Shown here one piece after another: positions 61,741 through 64,000 of a stretch of DNA of 64,000 nucleotides. A program made the position numbers and the translations under genes. Positions within the stretch are counted from its first letter, which is position 1. Each line of letters opens with the position of its first letter. The stretch is from the NCBI RefSeq assembly GCF_006345805.1, contig NC_042998.1, forward strand, positions 74,586,001 through 74,650,000, read 5' to 3'. The notes beneath the pieces were generated by a model. The model searched no databases, was not told the DNA's origin, and was given only the letters and a program-made list of their open reading frames with translations. The DNA comes from Octopus sinensis (lineage: Eukaryota).

Positions 61741-63020
61741 TTGTTTTCTCCGACATAGTCAGAGAAAGAACTAATTTTTTTCAGATATATTTATAAATAT
61801 TCCACGTATTGAATAGTAAAGAAACTCTTCCAAAGTCACATTTTTGTTCATATAATAGATATACTTTATATGGATACACAAGTACATTCATAAAAGTTCA
61901 CATACACTTATACACACACACACACATATCTATATGTGTACACATAATTGTTATATACATATATATATATATATTGACATAACACACACACTTGCAGGCA
62001 TAAACATAAGCTTCCATAAAAGAGGATACACTCACGCACACACACACAAACACACACACACACACGCATATATATATGCACACACATACATACACATATA
62101 TATCTGTATACAGAGCTTTACTCCACCCACAAATCTACCTTAAGAAATATTTGAAATCATATACAATATGAAAATCAATAGAAATTCCCTCTCTATAACC
62201 ACCTTAAACTATTATAAAATCGATATATCTGAGACACACTGAGGCTGTTTGGTGCTATTTAGTAACTTATTGCAGCTGTCTGGAATACATAACTAAAACT
62301 TTAGATATATTTTAAAGTAAAAACGATCTCTGGTCATCTTAAATTTTTGAAGGAAATAGTAGACCAAAAGCAAGCTTAATATCATAGGCAACATTTTCTT
62401 TACCGACAGCGGAAATTTCATATTTATGAAAAAAATATGTGTAATATTAGACTAGAGCTGCTATCATAAGAAGAACAGTGCAAACACATATTTTGCACGG
62501 CAGCCATAAAAGATCATCAAGGTAAGATTTCACATTCCAAAGAAATTTAGTAGACTATCGATTTCCTGAAATATCGATATCCGTATTCTACTTGGCTAGA
62601 AGAGTCTCTGCTCTTATGAACCAGTTAACTGTTTAACACATTTTCTCCAAACTGACACCATTTACCTGCATCTTTAACACACTTCCAGGAAAAAGCTCAA
62701 TGTATATAGATATATTCATGCATACTTACACCTCGACATTTCCTTACATATATTCAAACTATACATTCATTGAATGGAGGTCATCATTAAACGAGTACGT
62801 TGCTTCATTTTCTCGATAAAACAACAGCATCAACATCACATAAAGGCCTGTAGCAATATAACTGTTACTCCAATGAAAACAATGTCAATAATAACTTTAA
62901 TGCAAAAAGCAATAACCCATATACCAACAATAACAACCCCGATACTACCACTAACAGCGACACTTATTACCACCACCACCACTAACAAATCTAATACCGC
63001 CCCCAACAATCTCAATATCG

Positions 63021-63227
63021 ATTTCAAATTTTGGCACAAGGCCAACAATTTTAAAGGAGGGATAAGTCGATTACATCGACCCCAGTGTTCAACTGGTACT
63101 TATTTTATTGAACCCGAGAGGATGAAAGGCAAAGTCGACTTCGGTGGAATTTGAATTCAGAACGTCAAAACGGACGAGATGCCGCTAAGCATTTTGCCCA
63201 GCATGCTAATGATTCAGCTTGCTCGCC
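63021..63227 (-). mobile_element. SINE family B
   Basis: Minus strand head ggcgagcaagctgaatcattag..gaattcaaattcc; full body to aaaatttgaaa. Confidence 0.87.
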
Positions 63228-63904
63228 ACACCCATAACAATGTTAATATCAACAACAACAATAATAGTTTGAATACCAGCCACAATAACCCCAATGAAGG
63301 CAATAACAACAGCAATGGTTGTTTTAACTCTTACAGCAACAAGACCCCTAGTGCCAATAGAAAAAATATCAATAGCCCTAATACCTATAGTAACAACACT
63401 AGCTCTAACACTGCCACCACTGCCAACTGCAACAATGATAACTTCATCAGCTTCGTCCTAATACCAATGACTTCAACATGAACTACAACTGCAATCCAAA
63501 AATAATTGTTGGCATCATCCAAAAATAATTGTTGGCATCATCCAAAAATAACACTACCTGACTCACAAATCAAATGAATTTCCACGTTGGTAATGTTGCT
63601 AATGTGGTGAAGAAATTCGGTAATCGCTTCAGCAGCAACAGTATTATCATTAGATCAGTCGAAATGGCAGAAACCTTGTAAGACTGCATCAAATTCCAGT
63701 AGACAACACTTTCAATTGAATCTCCCAAACTAATCAATCAACGGATTGACAAGGAATTTTTGCTCAGTATATTTTTTGTTGTTGTTTTACTCCAGATAAA
63801 GCCAAGAACACAAGATATATTCAATAAATGATGCAGATTAGAAAGTTGACGTTAAGAAATATTCGATAAAATCCGCTTCTCTATGTAGCACGTTATATAT
63901 TATA

Positions 63905-63925
63905 TTTGTGTGTGTGTGCCTCTGT

Positions 63926-63972
<47 letters not shown>

Positions 63973-63998
63973 GTGTGTGTGTGTGTGTGTGTGTGTGT
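63905..63998. repeat. (GT)n microsatellite
   Basis: Direct reading. Confidence 0.97.
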
Positions 63999-64000
63999 TT

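Noticed and set aside
62470-62521. CKHIFCTAAI resembling a RING C3HC4 segment, before a GTAAGA donor
   Set aside because: A required Cys is missing, there is an in-frame stop just upstream, and no rest of the domain.
63494-63551. 23-bp unit repeated about 2.5 times
   Set aside because: Ordinary local slippage duplication with no further structure.

Overview
AT-rich eukaryotic DNA, very likely Octopus (inferred from the SINE families and the very high microsatellite density; not verified). It is intergenic or intronic and repeat-dominated. No recognisable host protein-coding gene, rRNA, true tRNA or CRISPR array can be supported. The window holds decayed LINEs (several R4/Dong RT+REL elements in (AAT)n/(GAT)n tracts, one CR1-group, one RTE, L2/Crack-like fragments), Penelope-like (PLE) remnants, Tc1/mariner and hAT DNA transposons, and three tRNA-derived SINE families. 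The strongest signals are: (1) about 15 type-I hammerhead-ribozyme (HHR) motifs, mostly in ORF-less fold-back or partial-tandem units, several with intact cores (best at 37961-38007 with an inverted twin at 37619-37665); (2) a ~550-nt non-tRNA, ORF-less element present four times, always in (AAT)n-type tracts and co-oriented with Dong LINEs, a candidate Dong-dependent non-autonomous retroelement; (3) a Dong/R4 insertion with a twin-priming-type 5' inversion. All coordinates were read by eye; TE boundaries are approximate.
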